A DNA stretch of 42,266 nucleotides from a virus (Duplodnaviria; Caudoviricetes): the IMG/VR virus record IMGVR_UViG_3300037483_001185, positions 1-42,266 of that record. One strand, written 5' to 3'. A program made the position numbers and the translations under genes. The stretch's first letter is position 1. Every line of letters begins with the position of its first letter. Below the pieces are notes generated by a model that did no database searches, was not told the DNA's origin, and saw nothing but the letters and a program-made list of their open reading frames with translations. This document shows, piece by piece, positions 24,201 through 32,232 of the stretch.

Positions 24201-25704
24201 CAGTCGTGGCGGGGATAGCGGTCAGCGGTTCGTAGGCGGCGCCCTCCTCGAGCGCCGTCCAGTCCCACCAGGCGTCATCATCAGCGGAAAGCCAGGGCGG
24301 ACCCAAGAAAGCGCGCGCCTTGAGATAGCCGACACCGCCGGCTAAGTCGTCCACAATGGATGGCAGTTGCGCTACCCGGCTCTGGATGCGCACCAGGCGG
24401 ATGCCCGGCTTGCCCCCGCCGGCAGCGCTGCCACCGCCGCCGCGCCCGCCTCCCCCACCGGCGCCAGGCGCCGCCAGCAGTTCGCGTTGGCCCATGCCCC
24501 ACAGTTCCAGGGGCGTAGTCAGGGCAGCCGGCGCTTCGATGGCCAGATACAGGATTTCAATGGCCGTGCCGTCATTGACCGTCCAGTCCAGGCTGAAGCC
24601 GTCCGCCGTGGGCGTGAGCGTATCGGCCTGAGCTACGACAATGGTATCGTCATCCGGTATGTAGAGGTAGGCCAGCGCCTCGTCGCGGTAGGAGCCGTTA
24701 TTTTTGCTGTTGTCTGAGGTGGCCACACAACTATGATGCACCGCTGCTGTGTTGAGGCCCAGATGCAGATGGCCCACGAAATCCTGCCCACCCACATCAT
24801 AGGTGTCGGGGGTAATCGGTTCGCTCTGACAGCCGAACAGGAGCACAGCGCCGGGTTGAAAAGGCAGGCCGGTGATGGTCTGAACGCCCACGTCTGCGCT
24901 CTTGAGGAAACTACCCACCTTGACGCCCATGCCAGCCAGGCATAGGCTGGCCATGCCCACACTGGCATCGTTGGCGACGGCGTAATCAGTTGTCCAGCCA
25001 TCGGCGTCCAGGGAGACGCCCGTGCCGCGCAGGCCACGCGTGATAGGCGTCGTGGTCTTGAACAACAACGCCGCCCGGTTGGCGCTTTGTGTCACCAGCG
25101 AACTGAGCGCCACCAGGGTATCGTTGCGGTGACAGTAACCGGCCGCGAACTGGTCGATGCCGGAGTCGATGGCGCCGTAAGCGAACAGGCCGGGCGTGTT
25201 GACGCTGAAGTCGCCGCTGTCAATCTGGCTGCCAATCGTAAACACCAGGTCGGGCGGGAAGCCCACGCCAGTTATGGCCTGTTCGCCCGTGGTCAACGGG
25301 CTGGCCCATTCCACCACCGCTGCCTGCATCTGGCCACCCAGAGCCAAAAACGAGATGGGGCGCTCCACACCGTCCACCGCCCCCCAGGTGAGGGTAAAGC
25401 CGCCGGCCTCGAAACTTTCCACGTCGGCGTAGGCGGTCAGGACGGCAGTCCCGTACTCGGTCAGGGCTATGAGGTGGCGGGCCTGAGCGCTGGCGCCGTG
25501 ATTGTTGTAATGTTCGGTCACACAGTAGTCATGGCCCGGCCCGGCCGAGAAGCCCAGGATGTTGTGCATCCCCACCGTATCCCAGGTCTGGTTGGCGCTG
25601 CCCGTGGCCAGGACGATGACGGCCACGGGCGTAAAGTCAAGGCCGGTGATGGCCTGGCTGCCAACCTCGGTGGGCGTCGTGAGCGTGCCGGCGTAGAGGG
25701 TCAT
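21262..25704 (-). CDS. Large tail tip/hub protein with accessory beta domains
   Basis: 1480 aa, two genes after the tape measure; hub-like C-term (ILADMADRDGVRVELRRDGKVRI, YRPGQ..YLIRAASHTI). Confidence 0.75.
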   Translation of the reverse strand: MTLYAGTLTTPTEVGSQAITGLDFTPVAVIVLATGSANQTWDTVGMHNILGFSAGPGHDYCVTEHYNNHGASAQARHLIALTEYGTAVLTAYADVESFEAGGFTLTWGAVDGVERPISFLALGGQMQAAVVEWASPLTTGEQAITGVGFPPDLVFTIGSQIDSGDFSVNTPGLFAYGAIDSGIDQFAAGYCHRNDTLVALSSLVTQSANRAALLFKTTTPITRGLRGTGVSLDADGWTTDYAVANDASVGMASLCLAGMGVKVGSFLKSADVGVQTITGLPFQPGAVLLFGCQSEPITPDTYDVGGQDFVGHLHLGLNTAAVHHSCVATSDNSKNNGSYRDEALAYLYIPDDDTIVVAQADTLTPTADGFSLDWTVNDGTAIEILYLAIEAPAALTTPLELWGMGQRELLAAPGAGGGGGRGGGGSAAGGGKPGIRLVRIQSRVAQLPSIVDDLAGGVGYLKARAFLGPPWLSADDDAWWDWTALEEGAAYEPLTAIPATTVAVAVTAVATTVTLTDASSWPDAGHVWLGPGATGEGWGHATYTGKTGNQLTGLVRDTVDAEYTGVHTAGAAARFWWELDTLVGELSLNETLDDALCLVDYAGELGGLLMPRPILRKGSLLLLQVAEYDAGTGDFAAWENALLAWLDSDSARDDADRERPWTAAVASAGGMLANIQSGGLRVGATDLADSGQAAASSVLSPTYKDDSGEFIGEADVGPQSAIDGKLSTLWVADVYTGEDNPVTDKDPADPDGRAGIMAISQVHVASYPGQGAGYRWFEITAPLGLAVDDNSVLINDDYLILFKDSPAWPGLEDDESLLLVENQALFQEENPSYGGKLFDLDAVNLISLNNNKQSVDLAGATAGTFTLTFGGIGPTGAIAYDATATAVKAALVAAGVAAADVYVTGAAGGAWLVTFIGSYRSASQTTMTIDATNLTGGTPAVSVVQGGGGWFVTADKGWKLFDYLSAERGGIMWGPGGQPGDWPYLDGGVCWGDFTFAADANAWVGDPLPAMTPGQTARRIYTPAGTPTTSAEYWEVGTIATPGYVVLATDFEWHLTTFKPISLVLASDITDSSPGASEALSFENGGQPAAEGLYETGVVQIGNEQISYEARDFSAGTVTVVSRAYGGTTAAAHAAGDTVYVVESTVASDAHAVDSVSVQRGDGQPVLEDFILRTSIYRKPRRPGDDNYTDDWTTIATVTGNALATYTVALSPSQRVRHLLVEITKMADGPSRPRINEINATVDALTLDATTILSDATSAEAMTALLTAAGFPAAGIIDDGDTPLVDGYTTEPGLLLPILADMADRDGVRVELRRDGKVRIRKDPFWGVAGLPAEEGELTRADVAYLESNRASGRAVGQVELVWRPPDSDDESTVFYPAAPDLFGETVTVGTYVYADETAAQAGAQKRYYQLRRPYDNVAELAVYGRDYRPGQCWGVAWDWHDESLQEDRTYLIRAASHTIREFGWLTVITNTQITREDER

Positions 25705-26084
25705 GGCGCCACGTAGACGACGATGGGCAACAGATGGCGGATTTCAATCAGCACCTGGCGATGCAAGCCGCCCGAGACGCTGCCCACCTGCGGCTCGTAC
25801 AGTACGCCACTCGTGAATGCACGTTCTATCCAGTGGTCATCCCACAGTTCGGCGCCGGTCAGGGTCAGCGAGCGGGCGCCGGCCATGAGCGTGTCCGTCC
25901 ACCAGGCCAACTCGGTGGGCGTCATGTGGCCGAACAGCCAGCGCAATGTCTGCGGGCCGGATACAATCAGATCGCCCTGCGCGTTGCGTTGGCTGACACG
26001 CTGGCGTTGAAACTGGTAGTCGCCGCGTGTGGCCATGCTGGTCGGGATGGCGACCGTATTCAAGCTGGGTGTGGCCACGTTCAC
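25701..26084 (-). CDS. Distal-tail-like minor tail protein
   Basis: Directly after the tape measure gene; GTGA overlap. Confidence 0.6.
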   Translation of the reverse strand: MNVATPSLNTVAIPTSMATRGDYQFQRQRVSQRNAQGDLIVSGPQTLRWLFGHMTPTELAWWTDTLMAGARSLTLTGAELWDDHWIERAFTSGVLYEPQVGSVSGGLHRQVLIEIRHLLPIVVYVAP

Positions 26085-28150
26085 GTCCCCCCGTTCTCTG
26101 TCTTGAGCGCCTCGATTTGGCCGGCCAACTGGTTGAGGATGGCCGTCATCATGCTCACGGCCCAGGGCGCCGAGGTCACGTCGTTGCCCCACTCCAACGT
26201 CAAGCGGTCCACCATGAGTTTGGAGACGCCGGATAGGGTGCCCAGGGATTCTTCCGTAAACTGGCCAGCCACCGCTTCTAACGTCGGCCCGGCGAAATCT
26301 ACGCCACCCTCGCCGCCCTGCAGCGCCGTCTGTAAGCCCGTGGCCATGCCCTCCGCCATGAACGACATGTCGTAGTCACCGCCGAAGCGCTGCTTGAGCC
26401 ATTTGTCCACGAACTGCTTGCCCTGTTCGCCGGCGGCATTCTGCTGCAACCCTTTTTCGATGGCGCCCTCGTCCAGGAATTGCCCGATGTTGGCCTGCAC
26501 TTCGGGCAGGGCGAACAGGCGCCCGGAGGTGAACTCACCGCCGAACATCTTGGCCAGTTGCTCGTTGGAGAGGCCACCCACCTGTTCGCCGGTCAGGCCG
26601 GCCGATTGCGCCGTCAACGCCCGGATTTGCTCGATATCCACGTTGGGCCGCTGCACACCGTTGATGAGCGTGTCCTCCACCTCGCGCAGGAAGCTGTCGG
26701 CAAAGCGCTGCGGGATGCCGGCGGCCGCCAAGTCCATCTGTTCCTGGGTGACAGGCGAGCGCCCCGTGCCGGGCAGGCCGGGGATGCTGCCGATGGCGGC
26801 CTTCCACCTGGCCTCCACTTCCGCCGCCGACTTTTTCCAGGCCGCTTCCGCTTCGTCGGCAGCCTTCTGGTCAGCGCGGCGGGCGGCGTCCCGGTTTTCG
26901 GCGGCGCCTTTCCAAAACATGTCCAGGCGCTTGTCTTCGATGTCCTGCAGGATGCCGGCAATCTGTTCGTTCTGGGCACCCTGGGCCATGTTGGTCTGGC
27001 GGGCGCCAGCAGTCTGTTGGCGCAAGGCGGCCATTTGGCCCTCAAAGGTGGCCTGGTCACCGCCTCCTATCTCGGCCGCTATGTTGCCTGAGATAGCCTG
27101 GATGCGAGCGCCACCAGCCAGGGCAGTGATGGAACCGAGTGCATTGGTGGCCGCCGTGTCAATGCCATTGAAGGCAGCGATTAGCTCGCCCGCCTGGACA
27201 ATGTAATCCTCAGTGCTGATTTGCAGCGTCAACAACTGCTGATTGAGTTCGGCCAGGCTGTCACGCGCCGCCATCTGGGCCGGTGTCAGTTCCGAGGTGT
27301 TCTGGCGCAAAATATCAATGGACTGCCCGAGCGCCGAAAGCGAATCGACGGCATCGGGGATGCCCTTGATTTTGTCGTTGATAAAAATGGAGACGCCTTC
27401 CGCAAACTGGTTCCAGACGTTGCGCACCTTGGCGCCCGTGCGCTCCAAGGCCGTACCCATCACCAGGCTGCTATCGCCCAAATCCTTGAAACCCGCTTCC
27501 CCGACTTCCAGCATGGCCTGCGTGAAGGCGGCTGTATCGTCCATCGTCTTGTTGAGTTCGGCGAAGCGGGCCTTGACCTTTTCGGCGTTGATGCCCAGCG
27601 TGTCCAAACGCACGAATGAGAGGTTGGCCGCCGCCGCTTGCATGTTCTGCAACTGGGCTACCATGTCCACGCCCATGAGCCGTCCGGAAATAGTGGCCAG
27701 GCGCGTTACCCGTTCCAACTCCTGAGCGGTGTCAGCAAAGCCCAGCAGGCCGGCCTGGTTGGCGATATTCATGGCCTGGAGGCTGTCCACCGTGCCATTG
27801 GCGCCGCGTTGCACAGCCTCCAGTTTAGCGGCTGCATTTTCGGCGCCGCCAGCCAGGAGTACAAAGCCCTCGCGTGTGCGAGTGACCTGCGTGCCCAGTT
27901 GTTCCAGTTCGCCCACCTGGCGCGCGAAGCCAACGGTAGCGATGCCAGCCAGGCCGCCCTTGAGCGCGTTGAGCACGCCGGCGTCCAACAGGCCGCCGCC
28001 CATAGCGGCGCCGCCCTTGCCGCTGACGGCGCCCCCCCCGATCTGCACGTCACTTAGCTCACGCTGGAAAACGTCTTTGACCGTCTTTGCCGATTTTTGG
28101 ATGGTCGGTGCATCTACGTCGACGCGGTAAGTTAGGTTTCTATCCGGCAT
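26081..28150 (-). CDS. Tail tape measure protein
   Basis: 689 aa, Ala/Gly-rich and helical; VRLDTLGIN motif; position. Confidence 0.85.
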   Translation of the reverse strand: MPDRNLTYRVDVDAPTIQKSAKTVKDVFQRELSDVQIGGGAVSGKGGAAMGGGLLDAGVLNALKGGLAGIATVGFARQVGELEQLGTQVTRTREGFVLLAGGAENAAAKLEAVQRGANGTVDSLQAMNIANQAGLLGFADTAQELERVTRLATISGRLMGVDMVAQLQNMQAAAANLSFVRLDTLGINAEKVKARFAELNKTMDDTAAFTQAMLEVGEAGFKDLGDSSLVMGTALERTGAKVRNVWNQFAEGVSIFINDKIKGIPDAVDSLSALGQSIDILRQNTSELTPAQMAARDSLAELNQQLLTLQISTEDYIVQAGELIAAFNGIDTAATNALGSITALAGGARIQAISGNIAAEIGGGDQATFEGQMAALRQQTAGARQTNMAQGAQNEQIAGILQDIEDKRLDMFWKGAAENRDAARRADQKAADEAEAAWKKSAAEVEARWKAAIGSIPGLPGTGRSPVTQEQMDLAAAGIPQRFADSFLREVEDTLINGVQRPNVDIEQIRALTAQSAGLTGEQVGGLSNEQLAKMFGGEFTSGRLFALPEVQANIGQFLDEGAIEKGLQQNAAGEQGKQFVDKWLKQRFGGDYDMSFMAEGMATGLQTALQGGEGGVDFAGPTLEAVAGQFTEESLGTLSGVSKLMVDRLTLEWGNDVTSAPWAVSMMTAILNQLAGQIEALKTENGGT

Positions 28151-28237
28151 AAGGCACTCCGGGTACTAAGGTCATATGGCGAGTACTCGCAATCCGTGCT
28201 TGAATGCAGACAGGAAGAAAACAGAAAGGAAAGGGAT

Positions 28238-28588
28238 ATGAAGCCCAAAACTGTGCTCATTGCATGCGCACTGCTTTTCGTCGTTGCGGCCGTGGCCATT
28301 AGAATATCGACACCGTCCATCCCATCTAAGGGAGATGACAGCATCCTGGCCTGCATGATGACTCAGAAATTTGTGAAGGCCAGGCTCAAGACGCCGACAG
28401 CCGCCAGATTCGTCGGCTGCAATCGGGATGCCATCTCCTATGCTGGCAATGGTGAGTACATCGTCACCGGCTATGTGGATAGCCAAAACAGTTTCGGCGC
28501 TCAAGTGCGTACTCATTTCGCCGCCCGTCTGCAAAAACAGGCCGGCAATGCATGGAAGTTATTGAATCTGGAAGGCATCCAACCTTAA
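28238..28588 (+). CDS. Membrane-anchored or secreted moron protein (VDSQNSFGA motif), antisense to the late operon
   Basis: N-terminal TM; QKFVKARLKTPTAARF..VTGYVDSQNSFGAQVR; AAGGGA RBS; lower GC than flanks. Confidence 0.8.
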   Translation: MKPKTVLIACALLFVVAAVAIRISTPSIPSKGDDSILACMMTQKFVKARLKTPTAARFVGCNRDAISYAGNGEYIVTGYVDSQNSFGAQVRTHFAARLQKQAGNAWKLLNLEGIQP

Positions 28589-29067
28589 GGCTCCAGAGCC
28601 ATAAAGATTTCGTCCAGCGTATCCAGCACGCGCTCTTCCGCCGCCGGACTCAGCACCGTGGTGGGCCGGCCCGGCATACGGCGTGTGCCCTGCTGCAGCC
28701 AGGGGTCGCGGCGGTCATCCGAACCGATGGCCAGGCTCCACCCGTCCGCACGCTGTGTGAATTGTTCCGAATGGCGGGCATCCAGGCGGTTGGTGAGCGT
28801 GGCCCGGTAGGAACCGGAACGGGTCAGGATGGGCCGGCGCCCACCGTAACCCTGGCGCAGCCTGTCCAGCACCGTGGATTCAGCCAGGCGCGCCCAGGGT
28901 GCCCCCCCACCGGCGCGTTGGCGGTTGAAGTTCTCGCCAATCCCCTGCCTGACGGCGTTGCCCACGGCCGTCACCTGGCGGCGGTCTGGCCGGGACAGGC
29001 GTTCCAGGAAGTCCACCAACTCCTGCACTTCCCGGCTGGCTTCCGGCGTAAAGCGAAGGTGAATCAT
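28585..29067 (-). CDS. Phage virion morphogenesis / tail completion protein (Mu gpG-like)
   Basis: ENFNRQ..PWARLAEST..R..PILTRSG.YR..IGS..QQGTRRMPGRP. Confidence 0.8.
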   Translation of the reverse strand: MIHLRFTPEASREVQELVDFLERLSRPDRRQVTAVGNAVRQGIGENFNRQRAGGGAPWARLAESTVLDRLRQGYGGRRPILTRSGSYRATLTNRLDARHSEQFTQRADGWSLAIGSDDRRDPWLQQGTRRMPGRPTTVLSPAAEERVLDTLDEIFMALEP

Positions 29068-29417
29068 TGGCGGGTTGCTCCCTTGAAGAATTCGCCCTGC
29101 TGTTTCAAGCGGCGGGCACGGGCGCCCAACACTCGAAAATCCTGGAAGAGCGCTGCACTCCCCGGTTGGCCGGCCAACCCGAACAGGTCGCCTAACGGGC
29201 TGCCTCCCAGGCCCGCCATCTGGCGCCAGATCAGGTATAGGTCCAGATGCGCCTCGTTGATGAGACGCCAGCGCCTGGCCTCGAAACGCTGGCCTTGCGG
29301 AGACCAGTCCACCATGGGGGCGGTGCTGTCGCCCTCCTCGGCTTCAATCTGTTGCAGCAGCAGTTCGTCTATGCGCTCACGCTGATCGAGATCCGCTGCC
29401 TCGTTGCGAAAAAAGGG
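29064..29417 (-). CDS. Tail assembly chaperone, -1 frameshift extension (GT-like)
   Basis: Open -1 frame continuing from the slippery CCCTTTTTTC. Confidence 0.7.
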   Translation of the reverse strand, partial: PFFRNEAADLDQRERIDELLLQQIEAEEGDSTAPMVDWSPQGQRFEARRWRLINEAHLDLYLIWRQMAGLGGSPLGDLFGLAGQPGSAALFQDFRVLGARARRLKQQGEFFKGATRQ

Positions 29418-29977
29418 ATGGTGGGCAGCACACCTCCGTTCAGGTTCATGCTGGCCTCGATCAGGGCGTCGGCCAACGCCAGGGGCATCTCGCTGCTGAA
29501 GCCGTCCATCGTGCACCATGCGGCGGGCATCTGTCCCGGCTGCCAGGCAGCGCCTTTGTCCCCGTACGGATGGCTCTGGGTTTCGGCCAGGTAGGTGAAC
29601 CCCCGCCCATTGCCGGCTTGCCTGGGAATGGCGCAGAACACCTCGGCATAGCGCAGGCAGGCAGCGCGGGCCTGGATTAGCTCGAAGTCGCTATCCTCGA
29701 AGTCCTCCATTAGCTCCCGGCCATAGCGTTCCTGGAACCAGGTGGCCCCCGCCCGCAGCAGGGCCTGGTAGTGGGCGCGGTCCATGAGCGCAATGGCGCG
29801 CACCGTGATGCGAATACGCTCTACGGGGGGCAGGGCGGCAATCAGGCCGGCGCGCAGTGGGGCGTAATCTGCGGGCCGTTCGTCTGCCGGCAGTAGGTCG
29901 AGCCGGTTCAACTCGCGCTCGGCGTCCATGGCCTCCTGCGGGCGGTCATAGGTGTAGGTCACAAGAGTTTTGGTCAT
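29369..29977 (-). CDS. Tail assembly chaperone (G-like)
   Basis: Between the tail tube and tape measure genes; slippery site near its 3' end. Confidence 0.75.
   Translation of the reverse strand: MTKTLVTYTYDRPQEAMDAERELNRLDLLPADERPADYAPLRAGLIAALPPVERIRITVRAIALMDRAHYQALLRAGATWFQERYGRELMEDFEDSDFELIQARAACLRYAEVFCAIPRQAGNGRGFTYLAETQSHPYGDKGAAWQPGQMPAAWCTMDGFSSEMPLALADALIEASMNLNGGVLPTIPFFATRQRISISVSA
29408..29417 (-). other. Programmed -1 frameshift site C CCT TTT TTC
   Basis: X XXY YYZ heptamers in frame; -1 slip joins 29369..29977 to 29064..29519. Confidence 0.75.
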
Positions 29978-30001
29978 GGCATTTCCTTCTGGATTTCCAC
30001 G

Positions 30002-31339
30002 TCACGTCCCGGCGTAAGTCGGATGGTCGTTGATGGTCGTGATGGTAATGGGCGCCGTGGAGGCCCGGTCCAACATCGTGTACTGAGCGTTGTAGCGGAT
30101 GCACCCGGCGCCGGTCACGTCGAAAGGCTGCATCATCATCTGCACGACGGCAATGCTGTGGCTGACGCTGTAGGGCACGCCGATGCCGGCTGAGATGTTG
30201 CCAGGCGACTGGAAGCTCCAGGCCAGGGCCGCTTCCGGAATTTCAATGACGGGCGCCGTGCCAGCAGCAGCGCCGTAGATGAATTCCTTGAAGATGTCCT
30301 CTGACCACACCAGCCGCCGTAGCTCACCCGTCACCTTGAGAGCGGTAGGCGTGGCCTCAGCCCGATAGAAGCTGTGCAACTCTTGCTCCTCTTCGTCCAG
30401 TGGGTTGGCGATGGTCAGCAGGTTTTCGATGGGCGTGCCCAACGTGGCGGCGGTCAGGTCGGAACTGGTGAGCGTGAAACTGCCGTTGGCCTGCGAGAGC
30501 AGGCTGTTCGGTTCACTCACGAACGTTTCCGTACCGGCGGCGTCCGACTCGCGCAGGCCCAGGCCGCCCATGGCGCAGGCGATGCCGGCACGCGTGGCCT
30601 CTATCGTCAGGTTGTTGCCGCGCACGTCGTAGGCCCGGCGTGTGTAGCGGCTGGCCCCTTCGTCCAAGGCGGACAGCACTGTGCCCCAAGCCAGTTCGTC
30701 GGCGTCGGCCAGGGTGGCGACGTGGCTGTAGCGGGGTGTAGTCAAGGCAGCGTCGGAACTGGCGCCCGAATCCATGAGCGTAGCGTCGATGGTCAGGATA
30801 TTGGTGGCGCCACCCGTGCCATAAGCTACGGCACCTACCACGGTGATGGTGTACGGCCCCTCGGCATCACCCGTGACCGTGAAACCGCCGGCGGGTGCGT
30901 TGGAAAGCCCATTAAGGGCGGCAGCGATGGCGGTAGCCAGGGCATCGAAGGCCAGGGCGGCCGTGGTCTGCGGATTAGAACCTGTGTCATCGTAAGTGAG
31001 CGTATAGGTGTCGCCCGTGTCGCCGGCCGTGATGGTGAGCGTGAAAACGGTCGAGGTCACAATCTTGAAGCCGTTCATGACCAGCATGACCGGCAGCAGA
31101 TAGGGGTACAGGCGCCAGTTGGCCGTAACGTCGGCAATGTAGCCGGCGCGGATAGGCGTAGACTGGTCTACCGTGGGCCGCTCGTGGACCCAGGTATGTT
31201 CGCCCGAATTGTCCACCACGTCGTAGCGCGGGTTGGCGGCGCTGGTACTCATGCGCCCCTTGATGAAACCGGTGGCGGCGGGCGTGCCTTTGGCCGCCTG
31301 AATCTGGGCCGCAAAGCCGGCAGTTTGAAAGAGTGCCAT
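30002..31339 (-). CDS. Major tail (tube) protein with an inserted accessory domain
   Basis: AAQIQAAKGTPA N-term; position before the chaperones; ITITTIND C-term. Confidence 0.8.
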   Translation of the reverse strand: MALFQTAGFAAQIQAAKGTPAATGFIKGRMSTSAANPRYDVVDNSGEHTWVHERPTVDQSTPIRAGYIADVTANWRLYPYLLPVMLVMNGFKIVTSTVFTLTITAGDTGDTYTLTYDDTGSNPQTTAALAFDALATAIAAALNGLSNAPAGGFTVTGDAEGPYTITVVGAVAYGTGGATNILTIDATLMDSGASSDAALTTPRYSHVATLADADELAWGTVLSALDEGASRYTRRAYDVRGNNLTIEATRAGIACAMGGLGLRESDAAGTETFVSEPNSLLSQANGSFTLTSSDLTAATLGTPIENLLTIANPLDEEEQELHSFYRAEATPTALKVTGELRRLVWSEDIFKEFIYGAAAGTAPVIEIPEAALAWSFQSPGNISAGIGVPYSVSHSIAVVQMMMQPFDVTGAGCIRYNAQYTMLDRASTAPITITTINDHPTYAGT

Positions 31340-31697
31340 AGAAACCTCCGTTTGGGTACTCCCCCATTCATGGGGGAGGGGAAAAACGGTTGGCCGTCAG
31401 GCCAGGATGAGGGGGATTCGGCTTACGCCTGGCTCCCCCCGGGCCCTCGGCTTAACCCGCTTCGGGCCGTGCCGGTAACGGTCTCCTCGACAAAGTTAGC
31501 GGCCGGTACTTTCCCGAACTGGCACGGCCCATTCTCCAAAGGGCTTTTTAGCCAGTAGGTTCCAGAGCACGGAACTGGAGAAGCATCCCGTGGTGGGTAC
31601 TTGAACGCTTACCGCTAACGTAGCCCTCAAAGGACTTAGTCTGGTCAACCGGGAGCCCCTACTGCAAGCTCCCCCGCTTCAGCGGGGAGAAGTTGAC
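31340..31697 (-). mobile_element. Non-autonomous IS200/IS605-type element carrying a HEARO/omega RNA (no iscB)
   Basis: Minus strand begins GTCAAC..CCCCGCTGAAGCGGGGG..GTTGACCAGACTAAG..CTACGTT..GGGATGCTTCTCCAGTTCC..GCTCT..TTGTCGAGG, the HEARO hallmark motifs; subterminal hairpins at 31669-31689 and 31359-31378. Confidence 0.85.
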
Positions 31698-31706
31698 ATT
31701 ATTCTC

Positions 31707-32207
31707 CTAGATTTCCGTCAACACATTGAAACGCAGTTCGGCGCCTGCCAAATACTTGCCGGCGTTGGTGCCGCTGCGCCCGTAGACGCCCACACGCCCG
31801 CCCGTGAGTTGTATCTGTACCACAATTTCGCCGTCCGATGCTTGCAGGCCACCCAGGGCGTAGCGGGTGCGCAACAGGGTCAGCAGGCGCCGGAACAGTT
31901 CCTGGCCGTCGGCTTTGGCCTGGGCTTCGCTGCTGGACTCCGAAAGGGCCACGAATTCATAAGCGTAGATCAGGCCGAACAGGCGCAACTCGCTGTCATC
32001 CACGCCCTCGAATTCGCCCGTCAGGTCGGCGTCCGTGCCCCGAATCAGGACGAAGGGCAGCGTGACGTGGTCAGGGTCGAAGGCTTCCCCCACCAGCACG
32101 CTGGCCGTGGGCACCTCGAGCGTGGCATACAGGCCGGCCACGCCCATGTCGGTGACGACGGCAGCCTTGAGATAGGTATCAATGTCGGCCCACAGGCAGA
32201 CGCTCAT
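31707..32207 (-). CDS. Tail terminator/completion-like protein
   Basis: Position between the adaptor and tail tube genes; LPFVLIR; GGAGA RBS. Confidence 0.65.
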   Translation of the reverse strand: MSVCLWADIDTYLKAAVVTDMGVAGLYATLEVPTASVLVGEAFDPDHVTLPFVLIRGTDADLTGEFEGVDDSELRLFGLIYAYEFVALSESSSEAQAKADGQELFRRLLTLLRTRYALGGLQASDGEIVVQIQLTGGRVGVYGRSGTNAGKYLAGAELRFNVLTEI

Positions 32208-32232
32208 GATAGTGTCTCCCGTGCGTAACGCA

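Noticed and set aside
31340-31697. Self-splicing intron or riboswitch
   Set aside because: Intergenic location; motifs match HEARO/omega RNA with IS200/605-type ends rather than group I/II cores
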